A DNA stretch of 64,000 nucleotides, taken from the NCBI GenBank assembly GCA_037379345.1, contig CM074517.1:13330001-13394000 (forward strand), written 5' to 3'. Origin of the DNA: Perna viridis (Eukaryota). The position numbers were made by a program, and so were the translations under genes. Shown in pieces: positions 49,546-64,000 of the stretch (the stretch's first letter is position 1; each line of letters opens with the position of its first letter). The notes below the pieces were generated by a model. The model was not told the origin of the DNA. It saw nothing but the letters and a program-made list of their open reading frames with translations, and did not search any database.

Positions 49546-50360
49546 TTATGGACAATGTTTTATATGTAATGCCACAAATTTGAAACTATTGCTGATTATT
49601 CATAGAACATTGCTTAGGTGTTTGTTTATTTGGTTGTTGTAGACTTATAGCATTAAATATTAGAATAATAAAAGTTTTCAAAAAATATGCAATAAGCCTA
49701 GTATGATTTTACATCAACTGGGTATAAGGTAAAAAAATAATAACTTTTTAAAAAAGGTTCTGGTTACAAAGACTTTCAAACAATGACTTGTAGTAAAATG
49801 GTTGGTTTTAAAAAAAAAAGTTTTAGACATTGGAATTATCTGGAAATAGAAACATTTAAGAATAATTACTGTTTCAATTTATTAAAATGCTTTTGTTTAC
49901 ATTGTTACAAAAACAAAATTCTGTGTCACTTTTTACAAGGTCACTTCAACATTATTAAGTAATTATTTGATTACAATATGTCATTATTATAGAGCTATAA
50001 ATAGAGTAACCATGTGTATGTACCTATTTCCAGCATTGTTCCTGGTTCTGAGTATTTCATTTTTTTCTAGTACAGACTATTTGGTATCATACTTGAGAAC
50101 AATAGGTGGAAAAGTGTTGTATTAGAATTTTGCCAAACCAAAGCAATTAGCTGTAGAAATGTGCTAATTTTTGATTGTGTTGTACTTTAAAGAGTTCTGC
50201 TTTTATAAACCTAGTTTTTTTGTTGTAACAACATTCAGAACTATGATCCCCTTTGTATTCTAGTGACTGTCTTTATAAAAACTGCAACCTCTTTAATACT
50301 GTTGAGATAAAACTGGAAAATGATGAAATAGAATAAAAATGCCATTAAATCTGCATTTTA
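49546..50360 (+). other. UBR4 3' UTR with candidate poly(A) signals
   Basis: AT-rich sequence after the stop; AATAAA at 49667-49672 and 50332-50337. The true cleavage site cannot be determined from sequence. Confidence 0.5.
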
Positions 50361-53300
50361 ATGATTGTTTTAATTTGGAATATGATATTGATTTGAATTG
50401 TTAATGTTTTTAGTGAGTCATTTACTCAGTGATAGCTATTTAGCTTACATTAATTTAAAGGATACTTTCTTACAACAAGTTTATTGCTATTCAAATATAA
50501 ATAATCATTACATTTACTTATTTAAAAAAAATCAGAGTTAATGATTTCGTATATCCAGCTTGGACAGAATTATCAAAAAGTTGGTTGTTCTTCTTTTAAC
50601 ATGAATTAATTCAAATACTTTTCTTTCTGTTTACTACTGTAAAAATATACTCTCATTTGCTACACAGCAAAACAAAATATACAGTTACTATTGAGTGGAT
50701 TAATAGAATAATGGAAAGAAGGAGTAAATTATGTTAAGAAGGAAAGATTGAGTCGACAGAGGAGTATTAGAAAGGAAGTATGAGAGTTCATGGAAAGAAA
50801 AAGATTTAGGTAGATTCTCATTCTTTGGTCAACTCTTTGTGAAATATCTATTACAAGAAATACGTTTATAATATTATCCTCTGTATCTGCTTCTGCGATT
50901 GTAATAAAGTATGTGGCATAAATTGTTTATCTTTTATTAAACCTCTACTCATGGGATGGGTGGTATATTGGAATGAACTTGTCCAGTTGTCTGAATTGCT
51001 GCAATTATCTTGGCTCCCAATGGAAAACTTTATATTATATTTTATGTGAAACAGAAATACAATGTATGGTGTCATGTGATCATTTGTAGAGTTAGTGATG
51101 TAAGGTTCATTTCTGGGCTTGAAAACCATGATTAAGTGGTGCATTTCATTACGAAAAAAACTGCATTTTTCCTACACTTGCTACCTTAAATGTGCAGTTT
51201 ATGGAAGGTCTGTTGTTGATTTCAAGGCAGAAAAGGCTAGTGCACTGACCTTGTACTAATTGAGGTTCTGATGGAATGTAAGCATTGTTTCTGTCAATCA
51301 GAGACATAATACCAACAAGTCTGAACAAAGAAAAAAATATGAATTCATCTTCATTTAGATAAATATATAAGTCCAGACACCATGACTTTATAAACAAACA
51401 ACAAAAGAGAAATCTATTTACATGGACAATAACTTGCACCATACATGAAATATCAAAGACGATTATAACTCATTAGCGTGAATTTGTCTTATCAAACGGA
51501 ACCCATTAAGTATCAATTTGTTTTTCTCTCTATTTTTTCCCATAGATTTCTATATTTTGATAATGATATGAAGCGAAACATGAAGATTTTCGATTTAAGA
51601 TTAGTAGACATCTAGCATCCTGGACAAAAAAGATGATGTCAATTTGCTTTATCGTGTATATTAATCTTTTGGTGGCATTGAAAAGAATCATGTTAAAACT
51701 AAATCGGTTAACATAAAAGGTCATCTACAAATTCCATGCATCGCCTAAATAGGATACTGTTTGGTAAAGAATAGCGGCAATGACCTGCAAAAAAATTCAA
51801 ACTTGTTGCTGAACGCTTTATAAAATTCACTCCATTGATTTTAAAATTGTTTTCTTGCTTAGATGAAAAAAAAACAAATACTATCTTTGAAAATGATAAC
51901 CGACGCAAATTATCGCTTTGTTAATACCCAAAACTGACAAAGATTTTATTTGGTGTACTGTGTGGTCACTGTGCTATGTTTCGTATTTCACTTATTTCAT
52001 TGGTTTAACAAGTAAACTATTTCCAATTATTTAATATATAAAAGTGATTGAAAATATTTTGGACACCATTGCCCCCGATGGAGCCTTAAATTTCACGGTT
52101 ACTATTTGTCCAATGAAATGCGTGGTTGTAAGCTACATCGGATAGGTTGCCATGGTTAGGCATCATGGATGTCAGGTGGTGTCAAAGCGAACTCAATACC
52201 GACTGCGTCGGAAAATAACAATGTCTTTCTTATTTATGTTTAGAGGATTTGTGTGTGTCTCATTATACCCCCTTGAAAACTGAGAGGTATAGGGTGATCA
52301 TGGTGTGCGTCCATTCGTCCTTCTGTTTTCTCTTCTAATCCGCATCTCCTCTGAAAGCGCTGAATGAATTTGATGCCTTTAATACATGATCCCATTGTGC
52401 ACCTTCTGGGGTACCCAATATGGTTTTCTGGGAGGGGAGCTGGGTAACACCGAATGAGCTTCGCTGACAGTTTTTTCTAGCTTCTCTTCTGATTTTACTA
52501 CATTTACATTTTTGTGGATAACATGAGAAAAGTTAACGGCTAAACCACAAAACTTTATTTTTGATGAAAAAATAACGATAAGATTTACTATTATACAGAA
52601 AGAAGCAAACTTATTCGAGCTCGAAGCGTCTTAATCAGCAATACGTTCAGAATATGTATAATTTAAACTTATTTTTAACAACATTTCCCATTTTGCCTAC
52701 TAAAATAAATAGTCATATTAATTACTTTCTTCAAATTTGCGTGTTTGCAATGAAGATTCAAGAAGAACCCGATAACCGAGATGAGATTTCCGTTATTTGT
52801 AAGCAGAGTGTCCACTGCTTCGAACCATATCTAAATGATAGACGATTTTAAAATACATTTGAATTATCATTACGCATTTTATACTTCTTTACAGAAGAGA
52901 AGAAACATACCACAGTATCCCGCGTTTCTATTCTGTTTATGATGATAAATAACAAGTGTCAACTTATCCTCGATTTAACCTGTACCCAGCTCAGACGGTG
53001 AAGGTATTAGAAATCTGTTACACACACCCAAATTGTATCGTCAAATTTGCCCGAAAACACGTATCTGATTACGTTACTCTGTTTTTAATTCTTCTACAAC
53101 TGTGATTGCTCCTCCGGAGAATCCGACATAATCCGCTAATTTGGACTGGTGCAAAAACAAATCTTGTCAAATGTAAAACATATTCTTTTGATCTTCTTAC
53201 CCTATGATAACGAAAATCTAAATATTTACAAAATGCAAAGCTTTAGTTTGTTTTTTGTCCAACGTTGGCACTTGGAACAAAGCTTTCCGAAATCATTTAT

Positions 53301-53814
53301 CTATTAGACATTCAAGAGTCTTGTCTAAATATGGAGAAGGTTGCACAGTGACAAAGATTCAATTCAATGCTTTTTTGTAAATGATGTGATTCAATAAAAC
53401 AACATATTCTTGGGTATTTAGGAGGATCATGTTGTTTACTAGTTTTCATAACGCAGTGCATTTTGTCTTTAAGTGTTGCGTGTAGGGGGGTCCTGAAATA
53501 TTATGAGACATAACTGCACTAAGCCTTTATCATGTCACTTAACAGGTAATAACACTGCTCTAACTTGACAAAAAGAAATATGACTGTAGCTGAGAATCGT
53601 GAGAAACTGAGGCTGTGCTGAGCATTCTGAATTCGTATATCAACGCTATTGTTTTAAATGAATTATAATGCAACTTTTAATACTTTACTTTTGTCCATTT
53701 TCTAAGCCATCGTTTTTTACATAATAAGTTCGGAATAGGCTTTTTCAAAGAAGTCTCCAAATATATCCTTTGTCGGGCCTCAAAATACAATACAGTGAAA
53801 CCTGTTTAAACATA

Positions 53815-54640
53815 ACCGTTATCTTTGGTTTGGTTACTTTTGGTTCCGTCACCTTTGGTTTAGTTACTTTTGGTTCCTTTACCTTTGATTTTGTTACATT
53901 TGGTTCCTTTACCTTTGATTTGGTTACATTTGGTTCCGTTACCTTTGATTTGGTTACCTTTGGTTCGGTTACCTTTGGTTTCGTTACTATTGGTTTAGTT
54001 ACCTTTGGTTTGGTTACTTTTGGTTCCGTCACCTTTGGTTTAGTTACCTTTGGTTCCGTTACCTTTGATTTGGTTACCTTTGGTTCGGTTACTTTTGGTT
54101 TAGTTACCTTTGGTTTGGTTACCTTTAGTTCCGTTACCTTTGGTTTGGTTATCTTTGGATCCGTTACCTTTGGTTTGGTTATTTTTGGTTCCGTCACCTA
54201 TGGTTCCGCTACCTTTGGTTTGGCTACCTTTGGCTCCGTTACCTTTGGTTCGGTTACCTTTGGTTCCGTCACCTTTTGTTCGGTTACCTTTGGTTCCGTT
54301 AACTTTGGCTTGGTTACCTTTGGTTTGGCTATCTTTTGTTCTGTTACTTTTGGTTTGGTTACCTTAGGTTCCGTTACCTTTGGTTTGGCTCCGTCACCTT
54401 TAGTTTGGCTACCTTTGGTTCCGTTACTTTTGGTTTGGTTACCATTGGTTTCGTTACCTTTGGTTCCGTCACCTTTGGTTACGCTACCGTTGGTTCCGTT
54501 ACCTTCCGTTTGGTTACTTTTGGTTTCATTACAGTTGGTTCGGTTACCTTTGGTTCGGTTACCTTTGATTCCGTTACTTTTGGTTTGGGTACTTTTGGTT
54601 GGGTTAACTTTGGTTTGGATACCTTTGGTTCGGCTAAGAT
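53815..54640. repeat. 15-bp minisatellite (~55 copies) inside a TA-CAGTGAAACC MITE (53791-~54770)
   Basis: Unit acctttggtt(cc/tg)gtt with partial 30-bp alternation; flanked by tacagtgaaacctgtttaaac and ttcggttatgacagggttc. Confidence 0.92.
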
Positions 54641-55759
54641 AGGTCTTTTGTTAACTCTGGTTCAAATCAAAATACAAGTCCTTTTAATTTACATGAATGG
54701 ATTAAAAAAGTGTCTGGTGTGCACAGGTTTTCGTTTTTTTTAGAGTTCGGTTATGACAGGGTTCGCCAGTTATAATTAAATTGCGCATTGGGAGAAACGT
54801 TTCTAAAGAGTACATCTTATTATTTTACTAGTATGACTAGAATATCTAAAATATTTTACCATTTAAAGCAGGAAGTTAAATAAACAAGACTATATGTCTT
54901 GTAACCGATTTTCTCCCACTTAAAAGACTACATTGTACTGCAATCATATACATCTTAACATAACATCCATCAACTAGAATTTCGGGTAGAAGTTCGGTTC
55001 ATTTCACGCCATTTTAAATAACTATAGTTGTGCACTATATCTTATGACAATATATTTATCTCCATTAATTATACCTGGATCTCCCTTCACGTCAAAAAAC
55101 CAGCAGTGTGTTCGATTTTGTGTTGGCGTCTTTTGAAAGACATACTGACGATCATAAGTTTATCGACAATATGTTTGAATATTATTCTGCTGAATACATG
55201 TTCTACACCGAAGATTCCTTTGAAGATGCATGCATAAGAGAAAATATGCGATCCCCTCGTAAACCCCCTGTCAAATACATTACGTCATTATCGACATGTA
55301 CACAACCATTCACTTGATCACGATTTTTTATAAAGTGTATTCAAGATATTTTTTTCGTATATTACTATGTAAGAAGTATAGTCATGAATATGTTTCACGA
55401 TTATTTATTAAGTTTAACCAAATTTGATTGTCGGATTGAGGGTGATTTTGATATCCCATACTTTGTTTCATTTGTCAATGTTCCCAGTTATAGACCCAGC
55501 CTGATGATCTATAATAGACCCAGCCGGATGAACTATACCATGCCCTTTTCCGATTGTTTTACTTGCAAAGTCGCTGAATGATGTCGTTGTTTCACAATAG
55601 CGATAAAATGAATATAAAATGCATGTAATGGTTAAATGTGAAATGAAGTAATAGTCTCCGATTCTTTAACAAATTGAAGTGCGTTTACTCATTGACCTTA
55701 CTGCTAAACATGGATCAACATCAGCGAGTTCTTGGGCTGAGTATAGAAGTGTTTAATAT

Positions 55760-56400
55760 ATGTCCAATATGGTATTGGATATCTTTTGAATTATATTTGT
55801 CTACATTCACCAGAGGTTGGGGGGAGTTTGGTACCCACCAAACTAGTTCAGTCTCGCTGGATCTTTTCCGTCTGTTCCAAGTCAGGATTCTCCAGCTTTT
55901 GTTAGTCTAAATTGATTCTGATTTAGTCTTCTTGTGTTCAGGGTATATTATGTTGTGCCCACCATTTGGATTAACAGGTTTAATTGTTTCAGGATCTAGT
56001 CATAGCAGACTCCAGGTGTAGGAAATTTCTCATTGTTTATTTAGGGCCCATGGACTGCCTTCGTTTTTTATACTCTGCTAGGGTTTTAGTTTAATTCCTT
56101 TTCCCACTCCATTCTCTATATTCTATGATTTGTTCAACGTCTCATAGTTTTCCTTTCCTCTTTCGTCTAACCCGGACTTGACTTTTTATGAGCAACTCGG
56201 CGGGTGTTTCTAGAAAGCAGAGGACGCTTACCCTACCGGTCCACTTGGTCCATGCTCCCAGTATTTAGTCGGGTCCGGGTTGCTCATTTGTTTTTGTTAC
56301 TTTGTATGTATTATTTTAGTCTGTTTTCAATGTCTGGTTTTTATCCCTGTATTACATTCTTTTGATTACCGCTAGAACCTTGGTTCCCTTGATTACTCTT
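55760..56400 (+). repeat. Cluster of short interspersed repeat fragments (Penelope/SINE-associated type)
   Basis: Motifs ccaagtcagga..ttttgttagtct and cgggtg...gacgcttaccctaccgg...ccatgctcccag resemble abundant bivalve interspersed repeats; family assignment is from memory. Confidence 0.45.
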
Positions 56401-59400
56401 TAATATACTTATAGGAAAATATTAGATAATTTAACTGTAAAATAATGATATTACTTTCTAATTTCGTGATTTTTTTTTATAACTCACCAAAAGCAGTTAT
56501 CAATGTCTTCTTGTAATATCACATATCTTTCAGTAAAATTATCACTTGGCTATCTGATAACTTCGAATACGAAGAAGTTAATCAAATGTCATTTTTCATT
56601 TCATATATGTTATTTGCCATTGGTCAGATACAACCTTCATGCCTGTGGTTCTAGCGCTGAAATCAATAACATTCGGTTAGTTATATGAGAATGCTATAAT
56701 TATGAATATTTTCATATATCTTCGAGTTTGTCAATTTGATAATAGTCAACAATAAAAATGCGGTTGTCAGACTGGATATATATTTTTTACCACGGGGTAA
56801 AATGGGGTTCATATGGAGACTCTCGCTCAAGGTCTTTTGAAATATCAAAAGACGCCATTAAAATTTTTAAGAAGACTAAGAAGGCTTGTATCAAACACAT
56901 TGACCTTGTTGTATAATCAAAATTGATTGTATTAGACATTCTAATCAAAATAAGCTCTTTATCATGAAGTTGGTGTATAAATCTTACAATTGCCACTATT
57001 AATATAACATTTAGTCTTGGTCCGGTTTTAAGGTCGCGGCGATATTATTTGAGAAAAAAATACGCTTTTGTTAATTTAACGGAAAGAATTAACGTAAAAA
57101 AATAACATTTATTACATCTGGATATGTTGATTTCTTTTTTACCTACTGTTTGATACCTCGATCCATAAAAGGCCCACAAAAAGTCGAACAGTTTTTGCGC
57201 GGGCCAATATGGACACTTTCAGACAATACTATATATAGTCTTTAACCGTAATTTTTGTTCGCAAGAGTATACAGTTGAGGTATTATAGAATATATAGGTT
57301 TATGTGATTGTATATATTTGGTTAGTCTCATTGTTTAGTAAATTAATGTCCTGATTCTTATAAACCTTGATGTTGAAGAATTAGTTTTTGCTTTATTTAC
57401 CCCTTACGTGCATTATTTGATATCTACTTTAGGTTGAGTTTTAGCATATTACTCACTAATCTAATAATATGCCAAAACATATGAAAGGTAACCAATATTT
57501 CGTAAAGTTTAAGAGTTAGTTTTGCTTTACGTACTCCATTACATGTAATTTTCTGACCTTCTTATTCAATACATATGTTTGAGATTTTGAAGCCAGGAAT
57601 GTTTAGCCTATCAGTAACCCTACGGTATGATCTGCCAAAACCCACAAACGGTATCTGTGAACCAGGTCTAAGTAGTGACAATATAATACAAAGAAATATT
57701 TATCTTCAGTGTAATTGAAGTGTGTTTATCTTGTTTTAAACCCTCTTTCTTGCTTTTTGGATACATTTATACCTCCAGTAGAAGTCTTCAAAGAAAGAAA
57801 TCTGTCCTTAAGTTTGTTGAAATGTTTATTAATTGTAAATTATGTGATTCAGTGATTTCTGCAGTATGGTTTTGTTTGTCATATCCTCAAAACATACTTG
57901 TAGAAAACCCACATGATTTCACACAAAGTTTCGGCGTCACTGTTTCAACGCTTTCGGTATCTTGGATGAAATGAAGATTATAATTCCAAAATCAAGATCG
58001 GTGAAGTCATAAATTTCCGAGCTGTCCGTTTTTATCGCAGCTCAATGTATCTAATGGGTTGCGAATTGAGAAAATGTGTTTGCATAGTTTGGTGATAGAT
58101 CTTTTAAACTCTTTATATCAAATGGTTTATCGTGAAGGGAGATTCGTTTCTTAGGTTGTTAAGATATCATAACTTTTTGTGATGACTACCACAACAGTCA
58201 TTTTCTAACTCCTTTTTCAAAAGGATACGAGGGTGGACTATTTTATTCCCAACCTAAGGAATGTTAATTAAAGAAGAAAAATCAGCTTCATCATGTTGAA
58301 GTTATTATGGGTCCAGATGACGGTGAATTTAAAACACGCGAGTCGTGTCTTTTGTAGGATAGTACATGTATAACCGACGCTGCATGTGTATTTAGATAAA
58401 TAACACAAAACATTTTGGATCGCTTTCACATTTGCAATCGTTTTAAATACTTTAATGTTTTTTTTCTTGTATCCTAACATCATCAAGAAACTCGATACAA
58501 AAACATAATTTACGTCATGATTTAAATGTTATTTATTGTTTGGACTGAAAATTTCCATCCGGAAGTATCAAAACCATGTTCACTAATTATGTTATTCTTA
58601 TTTTTAAAATAAGTGATAATTCTGAAATATCAAATGCATTATCATGACCTTCGCTAATAGCCATAAAATCTGGCAGATAGTATTCCTCTAAAAGTTTGCT
58701 TTGAAATCTGTGATGTTTAAGAATTTTGGTAAAGTATTAGAAAATGTATACAAGTGTCTGTATGTAATGTAATACGATGTAGGCTTTATTGGGTTCACTT
58801 CAGGGACAAATTTAATGCCTTTTTTGACGATTTCACTCATTCATAAAAAAATTAAACTCAACTGAACGTTTTATACTGGGTGTATTATCAACAACACACT
58901 TAATAGAAACCAAATACGGGCAATTAATCGTTGAAACAGTTTTGTGGGTAAATGATCCGTAAAAATCATTTACGCTGCCCGTACTTTCTGAGTTTGTTAC
59001 TAGATGCTGGAATGCGCCATCAGCTGACCGAAGAACAGTTAACTTGACGTAAGACATCGCTTTTATTTGAGTAAACAAATATTACTGTATTGCATTACAT
59101 CGGGTTGATCCGATTACCCTTCAGTAAATAGTATTTGACAGGCGAAACTTTAATAACGTGAAGGCTGGTAGGGGAGAGGACGGTCTTACACCAAAAGAAA
59201 AAATACACCATAACTAACGACATTTTAAAACGCAAAATCCATTCAGACTTGTCTACCCGGGTTGTACAGTCCACGGTGATTAGTTATGACAAGGGTTTAT
59301 AAATTTATAAATAATGAACTGTTTAAATTGCTTTTGTTTTCCTTACATTTTGACATCCTCTAAATGATATGGAATTTCACAAACCGTCTTATAATGACAA

Positions 59401-61638
59401 ATTCCTGTTTAAATACTGTTCCGGCATTTTCACGTGTTTTGAATGCAAAGTGTCATGTATTTATACTTAGCTTAATGTGCTTTTCAGATGTCAATCGGGC
59501 AGTTAGTTTCTATTTTTTACACGAAATTTTGAAATAATAGATTAAATTAATGTATGAAACTATAAGTTTAAACTTAGGTAATTTATTTATTTGGAAAATG
59601 ATATCGAATCATCAAATCACGTTCGAAAAAATATATTACTCGTACTTACTTATTATGAACGAAACTGTGGAAGAACCAATGTTTGTGAGGTTCCAACTTT
59701 CGTGGTTTTCGAGTTGTTGACCAGATCAACTGATCTAAACAAAATGTAAGATTTCTGTTGAAAACTGAGAAGATCTATAAAAATCAACGAATTCGAAGAT
59801 CCACGAGTTAGGTAATTTTGATATATCACGAAAAGTACATGACTTTGTTTATTCTGAACTAAAATACTAGTAGTAAAACTATAATTTAAAATAAGGAATA
59901 GAAATCATAAGATCAAAATGACAGACTTCGTGTTTTTTCATCTATGTAGTTTTTTGTTTGGTGTTTTTGTTTTGTTTGTTCGTTGTTGTTGTTTTGCTTA
60001 GAGGTTGTTTTTTTTCTGACCTCATACAAATAATTGTATTCTGAAATAAGTTTTGATTTCATGCTTACCTCCTATGCAAAACCTGAATGAAGTACCAACC
60101 TTTTTTTGCTTGCAGAAAGATAAATATTTGTTGCAATATATATCACTGAAATAACAAGCCCAAGTGCAACAACCCTTCTTGTGATAACGACCTTGGAGTG
60201 CAAATATATTTATCTACGTTACCAACAAAATATATGACATCAAAGTGCAGAGGGCTATTCTAACGCCCATCTCGTTTTGACCAATTCTAAACTTGTTAAT
60301 TCCATTTATCTGTGAACGATGATGTAATTGCTCCCACATCATTCCTTCATGTGATTTATTGATAAATTATATTTGGTTTCCAAAATGTCCTACTGAACAA
60401 CTTGAATTTATGAGCTTAAACTATCAGCAAAGCAGTTAGAAATATAATCAATGTCGAATGAAAGCTTTTCATTATCATTACACATCAAGAACATTTAAAC
60501 CCAATAAAGATATCTTGTTATTGGTGTATCATATAATAGTACCCGGATTTAGCGAAAATGATTTACATTTGAAAGCAAGCACAATGTTATCGTGGACCTA
60601 ATCGCTAAATAATCACCTTTAATAGTAATCTAACACATTTTTCTAGTTCGCAGTGTTGCGACAATCTGTACGACAACCGTAAGTTAGAATGTTGGATTTC
60701 CGGCCTGTCATACCACTGTCCGTTTGATTTTCGAGACAGCGGGTGTAAATCTCCATAATCTAACTAGATCAAAGACTGATAATGTCCTTGTTTAGTTTAA
60801 AGTGTGTTTACTAATGATAAGTGGTTGACTACTTTCGATCGTTTGGGTGATGAAGAAATAAGAAATCATAGAATGTTCTTCCAAAAGGTAAAACTACGTG
60901 GTTTTTTTTACAATAAAGGGAATATGAAGTCTGAAATTTCAACCTAATCATATCTTTTTTAAAGTCGAAATACGAAACAATTGAATGCCGAAAGTAGTCG
61001 CCAACTGTTAAAATTTCAGAAAGAATTTGAGCATGGCCATTATACACTGTCATTTTGATTACGTCTACTCATCGTGGTATGCTGGGGTGAATAAATTCCT
61101 GCGAAGTATAATGCAGGTAATGCAGAATAAAACAATAAAATAAGCGCGGCTCAACCACGAACACACTGGTTATATTACAATAACTACCCAAGATATATGA
61201 AAAAAACATTTTGTGAAAGTAACTAATACTCATGTCTATAGAACGAGGTTTAGTGAATGTAATTTTTATGTTTCATCCGTTTGTAGTCTGATTAAAATGA
61301 ATTTACTGAATAATATAAATATTTTGTGAATTCTTATTTAATACTGTCTATCAAAGTCTTATACTGGTTGTAGTTCTTTAACTACTTTAGCCATAGTATT
61401 TTGAATCCTCTGACTCATTAGAAATAAGCTTTAGGGTTTTCATGGGCTATCCAAGGTCCAATATCAACTCTTTTGGCTTTGTTGAAATTTAACATAACTA
61501 TTACATGTAAATTTGAGGGTTTTTTTTTACATTTTATATGTACCCAAATTACTTGTAATATGCATTTATTATTCATAGGAAGGAACTGTGTTCAATTTTT
61601 GTTTGTATTGTGATATGTAAAACTATACAACACTTAAC

Positions 61639-61848
61639 TACTGTGAAAGTACTATTGTACGTGGAGTACCAATATTCGTGGTTTTCGTGGATAGACCAAA
61701 CCACGAAATTTGATTCTCAATGAAATGGAGATTTTCATTGATGTGTATACTGAAAATCTTAAAACCACGAATTCAAGAATCCACGAACTTGTGTTTCTTC
61801 CCTAATCCACGAATATTGGTATCCACGAATAAAAGTACTTTCACAGTA
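61639..61848. mobile_element. MITE (TACTGTGAAAGTAC...GTACTTTCACAGTA)
   Basis: Clear TIRs and internal ccacgaa/ttcgtgg repeats; a degenerate relative lies at ~59663-59835. Confidence 0.85.
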
Positions 61849-64000
61849 CTTGTATGTACTCGTATGTCATACATATGTTGATATTTAACCAAAATAATCT
61901 ATCTATAAAGCTAACGGTACTAGGATGCCGTCAGCTCTAACAGTACTAGAAGGCTGTCAGCTAACATGATTCAAGGTTAACCATATACTTGTTCAGAAGT
62001 CCTCTATAGGAACCTGTTAAGAAGAACACATTTGTGGTTCGCAAGTTTCCTAGTTTGTTTTTGTAAATATTTTCACAATGTTCATTTTTGATGATGAGTT
62101 ACTGCATAAATTTTTAATTTTTCTATTGATCAGATAGAATTATGTGGAGGTTTTGTCTTTGTCAATTAGGTATTTTCAGTATCTTTTCCACTAAAGGCAA
62201 TTAATATCTTTGTATTTAAATTAGTTTTGTGAAGAACAATACGTTTTCAAGAAAATTGTGTCCAAGTTCCTGTCATATTTAAATTATACTCTTCAACTGA
62301 GTAACTTCATTTGTAAAACTTTCTATCGTTCTTCTGAATTCTGAAAAATTCTTATCTGTACTCTCATAATATTTTTTGAAACTCACTTGCAGTATGAACC
62401 AAGCGTAGTAATGCGTTCCTGGTGGTATCATTTTTTGAAGTAGAGATAAATGATCAATAGTGCCTATAAGTCCTCCAATCTGAGACCACATATAGTTTAT
62501 AAACATAATATGCATTGTCTATGGTAGTCGAATTCCATTGTATCAGACTATCTGTCCCATATAACCAAATCTTTATCCTGCTGTTTTTATAGACCATGGA
62601 ATATATATACTAAATGGTTTGAAACAAACATGCAGCTTTATCTTTGCGTAGTATAATAAGGGTGGGAAAATCTTTAGTTTGTGTATTTGGATCGTGGCAT
62701 GTTACATTTACGGTTTTCAAACTCACAAACCATTAATTGAAACGTATCTTAAGCCTCATATCAACCTGGCTAAATTCCCGAACTGATGCTGTATCAATGA
62801 TTCTGATTGGATGGATTGTCATCATTACTGTATGTCGTCACACTCCGGAACATCTCTTTCTTTTTCGAAGCGTCTATCACTAACATCAATTTATAGGTTC
62901 ACCAACTTACTTTATGTGGTTGACTTATTTTGAAGCGTATCTTTGTCACAAGAATGTCTAGATGGTTAAATAGCTTGTTTGTCTATATATTGTTTATTCT
63001 ACAATTGTTTAGAGATAAGTTTCACATATTCAGTCCATGTCTTAGCTAGGGTTTATCAATGACAACTATTTTTTTAACATATCGGTCCATCTTTTATTGT
63101 TGTTGAAATGGTATACAGTATTCCAGTGTACAACCGTCTTTATTCAAGCTAAGCAACCAAGTTCACAAAGGGTTGCTTAACAGACTTTACTGGAAAAATA
63201 TCAAAACTTCACTGTTGTAACATAAAATACACGACTGATCTCAAATGGTTATTCGAGGCTATGTCTCTTAAGCTATGGTTATTTCATTATGTGTATGAAA
63301 TCCAACATAAAAAAATCAAGTTTGTTTATTTCTTTGAATAATGATTATTGATCAGATAGTTAAGTATTGACGTAAACACTTTCTAGAAATTTGTAAAAAG
63401 ATATTAGCTTGCAACATTTATATAATATAAAACTTACAAATATGGCAACATATACAATACACATGTCGTACATATTGTTTTAATATAAGAGGCTAAAATG
63501 AGAACATTAAATCCCTACTGTAATGATCCTATGTCTTTTGAAAAGATTTCTGTTTTTGATGATCATCATTAACCAGAGAAAGTCGTCTTTACCTTCTCTA
63601 TCAATAGAATAAACAGAACTTAAAGAAAGAAACCTCTCAATCTAGATATTACAGTTCATCGCTATTTTAGATAAACCAATTTAATGAAAGCTAACGTTAC
63701 GGAAATTCGTTTCTCTTCCTGACTGATTTTGTACTTTCTTGCGTTACCGCAAGAAGTCGGGGTAGATCATCTCATGCCAACCATGACTGCTCGGTTCTTT
63801 TCTGTTACTAATTTGGGCTTCCCGAAATATTTATATATAAACAGCTATTACGCTATAAAATATTTGCGATCAATTTGCTAACTTTAATTTTGTTGCACTC
63901 TTTTGATTACTGCACCAGACGGTGATGGGATGCGACCTGGCGTAAGTGGATCTCGTGACCTTTATTTCTCTCTCGCCGTTTTGCCTACCAAGAGGAAACA

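Noticed and set aside
50866-51908. Chain of short minus-strand ORFs after UBR4
   Set aside because: AT-rich, no recognisable motifs and no coherent splice chain.
53770-54743. 290-, 150- and 135-aa ORFs as genes
   Set aside because: They arise from a stop-free 15-bp repeat. The frame breaks mid-array, and the flanks are MITE ends.

Overview
AT-rich eukaryotic genomic DNA. The repeat families and intron style suggest a bivalve mollusc (inference). Positions 87-49545 (+) hold the 3' ~57% of a UBR4/p600 E3/E4 ubiquitin ligase gene. I traced 66 exons by hand, all splice phases are consistent, and they total 8850 nt (2949 aa + TGA), ending ...[10 protein letters not shown]. The gene's 5' part lies before the window. 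One intron appears to be GC-AG. The introns carry MITEs, Helentron-type non-autonomous elements, a piggyBac deletion derivative, LINE and Penelope-like fragments, long palindromes, and three tandem duplications that straddle UBR4 splice sites. The most notable finding is in the outlier 6.25-kb intron 64 (42522-48774): a candidate spliced nested gene on the minus strand (5' UTR exon plus two coding exons joined by a 50-nt intron) encoding a 101-aa protein I do not recognise. The region from ~51.5 kb to 64 kb is intergenic, CpG-richer and repeat-rich, and includes a 15-bp minisatellite inside a MITE.
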